This document shows positions 28,655 to 36,734 of a DNA stretch of 64,000 nucleotides, in pieces (position 1 is the first letter of the stretch; every line of letters starts with the position of its first letter). The position numbers and the translations under genes are program-made. The notes beneath the pieces were generated by a model. The model saw only the letters and a program-made list of their open reading frames with translations. It was not told where the DNA came from and did no database searches. The DNA lies in contig JBBAWM010000002.1 in the NCBI GenBank assembly GCA_040397175.1, positions 128,001 through 192,000 of the forward strand, in the 5' to 3' direction. Source of the stretch: Candidatus Limnocylindrus sp. (lineage in GTDB: Bacteria > Chloroflexota > Limnocylindria > Limnocylindrales > Limnocylindraceae).

Positions 28655-30214
28655 CTAGGAGCTCCTCAGGTAGGCGTGCAGGCCCTGCATGCCACCCTCG
28701 CGTCCGTAGCCCGACTCCTTGTATCCGCCGAACGGCGCCGTTGGATCGAAGCGGTTGAAGGTATTCGCCCAGACCACGCCTGCCTTAAGGGCACTCGCGA
28801 CCTGCAGGATGCGACTCCCCTTCTCTGTCCAGATCCCGGCGGAGAGTCCGTATGCCGTGTTGTTCGCCTTCTCAATTGCCTCGGCAACGGTGCGGAAGGT
28901 GATGGTGGCCAGGACGGGCCCGAAGATCTCTTCGCGAGCGATGCGATGGCTCTGCGCCACGTTGGTGAAGAGTGTTGGACGGAAGAACCAGCCGCGCGTT
29001 GGCAGGTCGCAGGCGGGCTGCCAGATCTGGGCACCCTCGGCAACGCCGCTCGCAACGAGCTCACCGATGCTCTCCATCTGCGCCTTCGAGTTGATCGCGC
29101 CGATGTCGGTGTTCTTATCCATCGGATCGCCAATGCGCAGCATCGACATACGATCACGCAGCCGCGCCAGGAACTCTTCGGCGATCGACTCCTGCACAAG
29201 GAGGCGACTCCCCGCGCAGCAGACCTCGCCCTGATTGAAGAAGATGCCATTGACGACGCCTTCTACCGCCTGGTCAAGGGCCGCATCTTCAAAGACGATG
29301 TTCGCCGCCTTGCCGCCAAGTTCGAGGGTGAGGCCCTTCCCCTGCCCAGCGATCCCCTTGGCGATCGTGACGCCAACCGAGGTGCTGCCCGTAAAGGCGA
29401 CCTTCGCGACGCGCGGATCGGTGACGATCGACATGCCGGTGCTGCCCGGGCCAGTGACGATGTTGACGACGCCGTCTGGGAGTTCGGCCTGACGGCAGAC
29501 ATCGGCGAAGAGGAGCGCCGTGAGCGGCGTGGTTGAAGCGGGCTTCAGCACCACGGTGTTCCCCGCTGCGAGTGCCGGGGCGATCTTCCACGCCAGCATG
29601 AGGAGTGGGAAATTCCACGGGATCACCTGCCCAACCACGCCGTGCGCCTCGGGTCGACGGCCAGGAACGGCGTACTCGAGCTTGTCGGCCCAGCCGGCGT
29701 AGTACCAGAAGTGCGCGGCGGCGAGTGGCACATCCACATCACGCGACTCGCGGATTGGCTTGCCAGAATCCATCGTCTCGGTGACGGCGAACTCCCGGCT
29801 GCGCTCCTGCAGGATGCGGCTGATGCGGTACAGGTATTTCGCCCGCTCCCGAGGGTGCAACTTCGACCAAACCTTGCGGTACGCGCGGTCTGCGGCCTCA
29901 ATGGCGCGATCGGCGTCGGCGGGGGTCCCCTTTGCGATCTCGGCGAGGGGCTCCTCGGTAGCCGGGTTGTACGTGATCGTTACTTCGCCGCCTGAGGGGG
30001 CGCGCTCCTTCCCATCAATGAAGAGCCCGTAGCGCTGGCGAATCGTGACGATCTCACGGGATTCTGGCGCCGGGGCATAGGCCCATGGGCTAGCGCCCGA
30101 GAGGCCGGAGCTTGCGGGGGTCACGGTCGCGGCAGGGGCAGGGGCGGCCACGCCGGCGGCACGGGAGGCGCTCCGTCGAGGTGCTGCGCTCTTTGGTGTC
30201 TCTTCGCTCGGCAT
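28655..30214 (-). CDS. NAD-dependent aldehyde dehydrogenase (deoC-associated)
   Basis: IPWNFP, FTGST, LELGGK, FNQGEVCCAG, EEIFGPV, PFGGYKESG. Confidence 0.93.
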   Translation of the reverse strand: MPSEETPKSAAPRRSASRAAGVAAPAPAATVTPASSGLSGASPWAYAPAPESREIVTIRQRYGLFIDGKERAPSGGEVTITYNPATEEPLAEIAKGTPADADRAIEAADRAYRKVWSKLHPRERAKYLYRISRILQERSREFAVTETMDSGKPIRESRDVDVPLAAAHFWYYAGWADKLEYAVPGRRPEAHGVVGQVIPWNFPLLMLAWKIAPALAAGNTVVLKPASTTPLTALLFADVCRQAELPDGVVNIVTGPGSTGMSIVTDPRVAKVAFTGSTSVGVTIAKGIAGQGKGLTLELGGKAANIVFEDAALDQAVEGVVNGIFFNQGEVCCAGSRLLVQESIAEEFLARLRDRMSMLRIGDPMDKNTDIGAINSKAQMESIGELVASGVAEGAQIWQPACDLPTRGWFFRPTLFTNVAQSHRIAREEIFGPVLATITFRTVAEAIEKANNTAYGLSAGIWTEKGSRILQVASALKAGVVWANTFNRFDPTAPFGGYKESGYGREGGMQGLHAYLRSS

Positions 30215-30220
30215 TGGTGC

Positions 30221-30268
30221 ATCCTACCGCGCCGACCACTTCCAGCGGCGTGAGGTATCGCCTACCCT
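30221..30268. promoter_or_regulatory. Divergent leaderless -10 boxes: TAGGAT (-, 30221-30226) and TACCCT (+, 30263-30268)
   Basis: Each lies exactly 6 nt upstream of the ATG of its ALDH gene. Confidence 0.6.
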
Positions 30269-30274
30269 TCGCGC

Positions 30275-31807
30275 ATGACAAACCATGGAACAGCGGCAAC
30301 TCCCCCGTTCATGCCAACGATGCTCATTGATGGCGTCTCACGCGGGGCCACCGACGGCCGCACCTTCACGTTGCGCCATCCCGCTAGCGGGGCCGCAATC
30401 GGTGAGATCCCACATGCCACTCCAGCCGACGTTGCCGCCGCCATCACTGCAGCGCGGCGTGCATTTGACGCGGGGGGATGGCGCACGACACTCCCCGCTG
30501 AACGCGCACGACTCCTCCTTGCCCTCGCCGACGCCGTCGAGCGCGAGGCGGATCACTTTGCCGACCTAGAGGTCTGGCAGACGGGCACCGCGCGCAAGTT
30601 GCGACGCGACGGAGACATTCCCGCCGTTATCGATCACCTTCGCTACTTCGCTGGAATCTTGCGAGCCCCTGAGGGAATCGCCGCAGGCGAGTACACCGGG
30701 AACCACACCTCCATGATTCGGCGTGAACCGATTGGCGTTGCTGCACTCATTGCACCGTGGAACTATCCGCTGGCCATGGCGGTCTGGCAGGCGGCACCGG
30801 CTCTGGCGGCTGGGAACACCGTCGTCATGAAGCCGGCCAGCGCCACACCGCTCGCAGCACTTCGGTTGGCAGAGCTCGCGCGTGAGGTCGGCTTCCCTGC
30901 TGGCGTCGTGAATGTGATCACCGGGCCAGGGGTCGAGATCGGCGCGCGATTCGCCGCCGATCCGCGTATCGACATCATCGCCCTCACGGGCGATAGCGCC
31001 ACGGGTCGTGAGCTGATGGCGGCAGGTGCCCCAACACTCAAGCGGCTACATCTGGAGCTTGGTGGCAAGGCGCCGTTTGTTGTCTTCGCCGACGCGGATA
31101 TCGAAGCCGCCGCACGAGGGGCGGTGGCTGGGGCCTATGTCAATGGCGGCCAAGACTGCACCGCCGCGACGCGCCTCTACGCGCAGCGTGAGATCTTCGA
31201 TCGGCTCGTTTCCCGCATTGCAGAGCTCACGGCACAGGTGCGCATCGGTGATCCATTCGATCCCGCAACCGATCTCGGCTCCTTAATCTCACGCACGCAC
31301 CGCGATCGCGTCGCTGGCTACGTTGACCGCGCCGTGGCCGCAGGGGCGCGAATCGTGGCCGGCGGTAGCGCGCAGCCAAGTGGTGTTCCCGTAGAGGGCG
31401 CCTACTTTGCGCCAACGCTGATCGTCGGAGCTCAACAGTCAAGCGAGATTGTGCAGCAAGAGGTCTTTGGCCCCGTGCTCGTCGCTCTCCCATTCAGTGA
31501 CGAGGCCGAGGCGATCAGCCTCGCGAATGACACACCATATGGTCTCGCCTCAAGCTGCTGGACAGCCGACGTTGCACGCGCCCATCGCATGGCGGCGGCC
31601 CTGAACTTTGGTTCGGTGCTCGTCAATGACCATCTCCCCTTCCTGAGTGAAATGCCGCATGGTGGCTTCAAGCAGTCGGGATTCGGCAAGGATCTCAGCC
31701 GCTACTCCTTCGAGGAGTACACGCAGATCAAGCACGTTGCGATTGAGCTCACCGGTGAGGCCGAGAAGGCGTGGCACTGGACAATCTTTGGCGACCCGAA
31801 GAGGTAG
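30275..31807 (+). CDS. Aldehyde dehydrogenase, gamma-aminobutyraldehyde/betaine-aldehyde type
   Basis: AAGEY...HTSMIRREPIGV, PWNYP, LELGGK, NGGQDCTAA, EMPHGGFKQSG. Confidence 0.85.
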   Translation: MTNHGTAATPPFMPTMLIDGVSRGATDGRTFTLRHPASGAAIGEIPHATPADVAAAITAARRAFDAGGWRTTLPAERARLLLALADAVEREADHFADLEVWQTGTARKLRRDGDIPAVIDHLRYFAGILRAPEGIAAGEYTGNHTSMIRREPIGVAALIAPWNYPLAMAVWQAAPALAAGNTVVMKPASATPLAALRLAELAREVGFPAGVVNVITGPGVEIGARFAADPRIDIIALTGDSATGRELMAAGAPTLKRLHLELGGKAPFVVFADADIEAAARGAVAGAYVNGGQDCTAATRLYAQREIFDRLVSRIAELTAQVRIGDPFDPATDLGSLISRTHRDRVAGYVDRAVAAGARIVAGGSAQPSGVPVEGAYFAPTLIVGAQQSSEIVQQEVFGPVLVALPFSDEAEAISLANDTPYGLASSCWTADVARAHRMAAALNFGSVLVNDHLPFLSEMPHGGFKQSGFGKDLSRYSFEEYTQIKHVAIELTGEAEKAWHWTIFGDPKR

Positions 31808-31813
31808 AACGAC

Positions 31814-32263
31814 TTAGCTCCCGAGGAGCAGGTTCAGCCACGCATCGAGCGGCGAGTGTGTTGGGACATCAGGTTCAACGCGGCGCGCGCCAGAGCCCGG
31901 AGCATCGTCAGGGAGTGGTGCCGCATCCGCCGCCAGCACGAAGGGGCGCTCCACGGCGGAGCCGAGGCTATAGCCGCGTGCAACCAGCTCGAGGAAGGCC
32001 GCATCGTCGAGGAGCACGCGCTCGGCTGTGAGCGCGTCAGCCCGGGACTGGAGCGCCGCAGTCTCATCGCGCAGCTGCGCAAGGCGCGTATTCACCTGGA
32101 TGACACCGACGAGATTCCGGCCAAACTCCACCACGAAGAGCGCCAGAATCAGCGCCTGCCCAATGAAGATGAGGGCGCCACGCGTGGTGCTGGTGCGTCG
32201 ACGAATCATGACCCTCATGCGGTCAGTTTCCGCGCCACATCCATCGGCGTCAAGCGGGGGCAT
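31814..32263 (-). CDS. Septum formation initiator FtsB/DivIC-like protein (start uncertain; may be 32218)
   Basis: Basic N-terminus, one TM helix, coiled coil, then FLELVARGYSLG...E resembling the DivIC motif. Confidence 0.6.
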   Translation of the reverse strand: MPPLDADGCGAETDRMRVMIRRRTSTTRGALIFIGQALILALFVVEFGRNLVGVIQVNTRLAQLRDETAALQSRADALTAERVLLDDAAFLELVARGYSLGSAVERPFVLAADAAPLPDDAPGSGARRVEPDVPTHSPLDAWLNLLLGS

Positions 32264-32288
32264 CGCACGGGGTGATAACCTGCGCGGC

Positions 32289-32705
32289 GTGTACTTCTAT
32301 GAACTTCACGAGGCGGATGACGAACTCGCCATCGGCTTGACCCTGGCCCACGACGAGGCCTTCGCCCCGAGCGAGTTCCTGGCCATGGTGGAGACGGCTC
32401 GGAGCCGGGTGATCGAAACCTTTACCGAAGAGACCCTCGTTGAGGCGATCGCCGCTGAGCTGGAGCGTGAGCATGATTTTGCCGCTGCCGTGGATTCCCG
32501 GCTCGTGGCCGCAGTTGGCATCTCCTCCGAAGAGGGTGAGACGCGACTACTCGCACACGAAGGGGCAGGCGCCCACGCCGCTGATGAGGGCGAAGAGGAG
32601 GATCCCGACCTCGCCATCGCTGAGGCGCTGCTCTCGGGGCGGGAGCCGATCGGCCTACGTACCGCCGTCGTGGATCTGGAGAAGAACGAGTCGCTCGACT
32701 CCTAA
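32289..32705 (+). CDS. Acidic hypothetical protein
   Basis: Protein-like frame from GTG 32289 (YFYELHEADDEL...), preceded by TG-A-TAACCT at 7 nt. Confidence 0.7.
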   Translation: MYFYELHEADDELAIGLTLAHDEAFAPSEFLAMVETARSRVIETFTEETLVEAIAAELEREHDFAAAVDSRLVAAVGISSEEGETRLLAHEGAGAHAADEGEEEDPDLAIAEALLSGREPIGLRTAVVDLEKNESLDS

Positions 32706-32721
32706 CGCCAACGAGGGAGAA

Positions 32722-34329
32722 CTACCAGCGCGCGAGTCCCTTGGAGCCTGTCCACACGCGACTCATGATCGGAAGGCCATCTGTCGCCACGTCGACAAAA
32801 TTTGGTTGAGATTGATTGATGATCACGGTCGGCAACATGCGCGTGCTGATCAATCGCGAGCCCGCAAACGTTGATTCGATCACGATCCCTTCGGAGGTCT
32901 CGACAGACCAGTTCTGATCAAAGACAAAGTTCCCCATTGAGTAGAAGACAGGCTTTCCATTGATGATCTCCATCGCACTCGCCCAGTGCGAATGTGAGCC
33001 GAGTACCATGTCGGCACCAGCCGTAATCGCAACCTTGGCCAATCGCCGCTGCGAGGGTGTCGGCTGGGACTGGAACTCGTCACCCCAATGGGGAAAGACG
33101 ATCACGAAGTCTGCGCCAGCGGCGCGCGCGGCTCGAATCGAGGCACGCAACTCGGGCGTTCCAATAGGCGCACTTCCCGCTCGGGCGACGCGAGCGTGAT
33201 ATCCCGGATTTACCTGGTCAACGGCGACAATACCCACGGTGATGCCGCCCACCTGGGTGAGCCAGGGGCGCTGCGCCTCAGCGAGGTTCGCACCAGCGCC
33301 GCCGCTCTGCATGCCCGCCGCGCGCACAGCGCTTACCGTCTCTGGGATCCGTGCAATGCCTCCGTCACCGACGTGATTATTCGCGAGAGAGAGGAAGTCG
33401 AATCCCGCCTCCTTGATGACTCGTAGGAGCGCAGGGTTTCCCGTGAAGGTCGTCCCAGAGTTGTGCTGTTGCCACCGCTTCGGCGTTGGCGATTCAAGGT
33501 TTGCGATCGAAAGATCTGCATCTTGGAAGAGTGACCGCATCAGGCCGTTGATGCCTCCATCGCGCACAAGGTGCGCGGCGACGCGCGGCACGCCAAATTG
33601 GCTGCAGCAGGTCGTTCCGGTGATATCGGCAAATCCGCCGTCAAAGATCGAGTCGGCTCCGCGCGCGGTGCGCTTTGCTCGATAGGCAACGCCACGATCA
33701 AGGAGGATGTCACCGCCAGCTGCCAACGTCCATGCGGTCGCAGGGTCATAGGCAAGTGGCCCAGAGAGCCACTCGGCGGGGATGCTTGTGTCCACGGGGA
33801 GCTCGGCGCGCAGGGGCCACTCTGCGAGCGACGCAACGTGATACACGCCGACGATTGCCGCACCCTCCCAGGAGAGCGTGCGCAGTGCCGGCTCGAGGGC
33901 GGCGAGTCGAACGAAGCCGGCCGCCTTCTCATCGGCGGCGAGTGCCACCTTGAGCGCGCTGCGATCGGCGACAAGGGTCAGTCGCGCTGCGATTGAGGTG
34001 GCCGAGAGTCCGAGCGCCTCCAAGATGGCGGTCGACTCGGGCGCAATCAGGACGAGCTTGGTGATTGGCTGCCGCCCTCCCACCTCTGCAAGTCGCGCGA
34101 GCCCGGCGCTCGTGAGCGCGGTGAGGGTGCTGCGATAGCCAGCGACGGGGATCAGCGGACTCGATGTTTCGCTGGCGGGTGATGTCTGTGCGCCTGCTGA
34201 GGGGTCTGCACTTGCACCCGATGGCGCAGCCGACGTGGTGCAGGCGGCGGCGAGCAGGAGGGCCAGCGCGAGCGTGAACAGGCCGCGCCGTCGTGGGGAT
34301 GGAGCCTCGTCCCGATCAGTCGTAATCAC
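32722..34329 (-). CDS. CapA/PGA_cap metallophosphoesterase-domain lipoprotein
   Basis: Lipobox LAAAC; GGDILLDR, ANLESP, LANNH, PHWGDE, GSHSH, YSMGNFVFDQ. Confidence 0.88.
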   Translation of the reverse strand: MITTDRDEAPSPRRRGLFTLALALLLAAACTTSAAPSGASADPSAGAQTSPASETSSPLIPVAGYRSTLTALTSAGLARLAEVGGRQPITKLVLIAPESTAILEALGLSATSIAARLTLVADRSALKVALAADEKAAGFVRLAALEPALRTLSWEGAAIVGVYHVASLAEWPLRAELPVDTSIPAEWLSGPLAYDPATAWTLAAGGDILLDRGVAYRAKRTARGADSIFDGGFADITGTTCCSQFGVPRVAAHLVRDGGINGLMRSLFQDADLSIANLESPTPKRWQQHNSGTTFTGNPALLRVIKEAGFDFLSLANNHVGDGGIARIPETVSAVRAAGMQSGGAGANLAEAQRPWLTQVGGITVGIVAVDQVNPGYHARVARAGSAPIGTPELRASIRAARAAGADFVIVFPHWGDEFQSQPTPSQRRLAKVAITAGADMVLGSHSHWASAMEIINGKPVFYSMGNFVFDQNWSVETSEGIVIESTFAGSRLISTRMLPTVIINQSQPNFVDVATDGLPIMSRVWTGSKGLARW

Positions 34330-34334
34330 ACCGC

Positions 34335-34341
34335 TATCCTA
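34335..34341. promoter_or_regulatory. Overlapping bidirectional -10 element TATCCTA
   Basis: TATCCT (+) lies 6 nt before the mtnN ATG and TAGGAT (-) lies 6 nt before the capA GTG, within a 17-bp gap. Confidence 0.65.
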
Positions 34342-34346
34342 CCCGC

Positions 34347-35102
34347 ATGGAGCAACCTTTCCACCCTACGGGTCCAACGCTCATCGCCGCCGCGCTCAGT
34401 CAGGAGCGTGCCGCGCTTGAGGCGCTCGCTACGGACCTCACCCCCTACAGCATCCCTGGTCTCGCCGACGGGGCGCTGCTCACCGGTCTCATCGACGGAC
34501 ACCCGGTGGCACTCCTGCGATGCGGCGTTGGCAAGGTCGCCTCCGTCGTTGCGGTCACCGCGGCACTCGCCCTTGAGCCGCGCTGCGTCATCTCCGTTGG
34601 CTCTGCAGGTGCCCTTCATGCGGGATATCGCGTCGGCGACGTCCTGCTTGCAGAGAGCGTCCTGCAGCACGACTTTGCCGCTGCAGAGTCCGATGGCTTT
34701 CGACTCTTCGGCTACGGCTCGGATGTTCCCTCCACGGGCGAACCACTCCTCGTCGCTGATCCCGAACTGATCACTGCGGCATTCGCCGCCGCTGCACCAG
34801 CAACGGCGAGGCTTGGGATCAGCCTTCGTCGCGGACGAATCGCAACCGGCGACTGGTTCGTTGCCGACCCAGCGGTTCGCGATGCGATTGCTACGAGAAG
34901 CGCAGCGGACCTTGTCGAGATGGAGGGGGCGGCCATTGCCTACGCAGCGCGCGCGCACCACACCCCCTGGTTGGTGATTCGGAGCGTGAGTGACTCTGGC
35001 GATGGTGCAGCCACGCAAAGCTTCTGGGAGTACCTCGCCCTCGCCTCAAAGAACGCCGCAGAGATCGTTCGCGCCATCTTGCCCGCGCTGAAAGGCCGCT
35101 AG
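34347..35102 (+). CDS. mtnN: MTA/SAH nucleosidase
   Basis: CGVGKV, GSAGAL, QHD, IATGDWF, VEMEGAA, IRSVSD. Confidence 0.9.
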   Translation: MEQPFHPTGPTLIAAALSQERAALEALATDLTPYSIPGLADGALLTGLIDGHPVALLRCGVGKVASVVAVTAALALEPRCVISVGSAGALHAGYRVGDVLLAESVLQHDFAAAESDGFRLFGYGSDVPSTGEPLLVADPELITAAFAAAAPATARLGISLRRGRIATGDWFVADPAVRDAIATRSAADLVEMEGAAIAYAARAHHTPWLVIRSVSDSGDGAATQSFWEYLALASKNAAEIVRAILPALKGR

Positions 35103-35989
35103 CCGCGCCCCGTTCCCAGCAGGATCTGCTGCGCGCGCGGGGCTGTGTGGCCAAAGAGACGGGTGGCCAGCGCGTCAACCGTCGCCGGTTGACCCGTCGT
35201 AAAAATCTGATGGGTCGGCAGCACGGGCGCCGATTCGGGTGCTGAATGACCAAGATGACCGGCGTCGGCCGCCGTTCCGCGACTCGATCCTGGTGCCTCG
35301 AGCCCATTCACCGCGATGATCTGCTGGATGAAGCTCGCCGTCGCCGCCGCAGAATCCACCACCGCAATTGGAGCGCCGAGCGCCGCATCGATTGCGCCGC
35401 GAATCAGTGGGAAGTGCGTACAACCGAGCAACAGGGTGTCGATACGCTCGCTCGGACTGCCGGCGAGAAAGGGATCAATCGCCGCGTGGATGGCGTCACT
35501 CATCTCTTGGGTGTTCGTGAGCCCTGCCTCAATAAGGGGGACCAGCTCGGAGGCGGCTCGCTCGAGCACCAACGTGCCAGGATTCTCATCCTTGATCGCC
35601 GCAAAGTAGGCACGCGACCGCACGGTGGCTACCGTTGCCAACACGCCGACCCGACCGGTGCGCGTGGCGAGCGCCGCTGCTGCCGCACCCGGTCGAATCA
35701 CACCGATGATTGGCGTAGTGGGGTGCCGCTCGCGGAGATGCTCTAGTGCCACCGCGGTCGCAGTGTTGCAGGCAATGATGATCGCCTTGACGCCGCGCGC
35801 TACCAACTCATCGCTGAGCTCTTCGGCGAAGGTGCGCACCTCGGCTTCGCTCCGCGTGCCGTATGGGTGACGGGCACTATCACCAATGTAGATGGTGGAT
35901 TCGGCTGGGAGACGGGCCTGTACCTCACGCAGCACGGTGAGGCCGCCGATTCCTGAATCAAAGAGGCCGATTGGGCGTGCGTCACTCAT
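35099..35989 (-). CDS. murI: Glutamate racemase
   Basis: PIGLFDSGIGG, PYG, IACNTA, LGCTHFP. Start at ATG 35989. Confidence 0.95.
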   Translation of the reverse strand: MSDARPIGLFDSGIGGLTVLREVQARLPAESTIYIGDSARHPYGTRSEAEVRTFAEELSDELVARGVKAIIIACNTATAVALEHLRERHPTTPIIGVIRPGAAAAALATRTGRVGVLATVATVRSRAYFAAIKDENPGTLVLERAASELVPLIEAGLTNTQEMSDAIHAAIDPFLAGSPSERIDTLLLGCTHFPLIRGAIDAALGAPIAVVDSAAATASFIQQIIAVNGLEAPGSSRGTAADAGHLGHSAPESAPVLPTHQIFTTGQPATVDALATRLFGHTAPRAQQILLGTGRG

Positions 35990-36734
35990 GAACTGACCGT
36001 AGCAGCCAGCGCAGACGGTCGTCGGCGCCGACCCTCGTGACGCGTAGGCCAGCGGCGTCGGCAAGGGCGCGCACCTCATCGGCCTGCCAGGCACGAATTG
36101 CAAACGGAGGTCGATCGGGATAGATCTGCGTGAGGAGGCCGTTCTCCCCAACCTCTCGATGGCGAATCTCCAGGAGGACGGTGTTGGTACGAGCCTGGGG
36201 GTCGGGCGTAATGCGGCTTTCGCGTCGAACCGGGCCGAAGTCGGTATCTGCACGCTCGAGGTCCAGGCTCCACTCACCCGCAACCTCATCGGCGAAGAGC
36301 TGTGGGTCCATACAGGTGGCATCGAGACCCACCTGCCCGCCACGTGCGCAGTGCACCGCTGCGGTTTGCAACAACGCTTCCAAGTCATCAGGAGCAGTCA
36401 TGATCGAGAGGAGATCACCGCCGAGGATCACGAGACTGGCTGCGGTCCCCTCACCACGCCAGCGTCGGCCATCCGCAACGATCCAATCGGCCGAAGGGGC
36501 GCGTTCGGCGGCCAAGCTGAGGGCGGCCACATCGAGATCGACGCCGATCAGCTGCCGCTCAGCGGCGCCGAGAGCGGTCAGGATGCGACCTGCGCCACAA
36601 CCAATCTCAAGAATTGGGCCAGTCGATTCCGCCGCTACCCCCTGCCAATACGCCAGGTCGCCGTCGGCGGCGAAGGTTAAGTCGCGCTCGTCGGCGAGCA
36701 GGCGACTCCGTATCTCAGATGCGGTTTCGCTCAG
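35982..36734 (-). CDS. Class I SAM-dependent methyltransferase, apparent CTG start
   Basis: The frame stays open upstream of the called GTG (36530) and there encodes motif I GPILEIGCGAGRI and LIGVDLD. The only plausible start is CTG 36734, overlapping the speB TGA. Confidence 0.75.
   Translation of the reverse strand: MSETASEIRSRLLADERDLTFAADGDLAYWQGVAAESTGPILEIGCGAGRILTALGAAERQLIGVDLDVAALSLAAERAPSADWIVADGRRWRGEGTAASLVILGGDLLSIMTAPDDLEALLQTAAVHCARGGQVGLDATCMDPQLFADEVAGEWSLDLERADTDFGPVRRESRITPDPQARTNTVLLEIRHREVGENGLLTQIYPDRPPFAIRAWQADEVRALADAAGLRVTRVGADDRLRWLLRSVHE

Noticed and set aside
28650-28660. Stop read-through joining the two ALDH genes, or a pseudogene
   Set aside because: The ORFs are out of frame by a 2-nt gap and the second has its own SD and N-terminal extension, so two intact genes fit better.
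17463-31807. tRNA-anchored genomic island carrying the nucleoside cluster
   Set aside because: No integrase, no duplicated tRNA end and no visible composition shift; the cluster lies on the 5' side of the tRNA.
32722-35989. Poly-gamma-glutamate capsule locus (capA plus murI)
   Set aside because: capB and capC are absent from the window, murI is explained by peptidoglycan synthesis, and CapA domains often occur alone.
35990-36388. Long N-terminal extensions in the ORF track (murI, add, deoC, BMP, NUDIX, ridA, tsaD, topA)
   Set aside because: They overlap neighbouring genes or promoters; downstream starts fit family N-termini and SD, -10 or stop-overlap signals.
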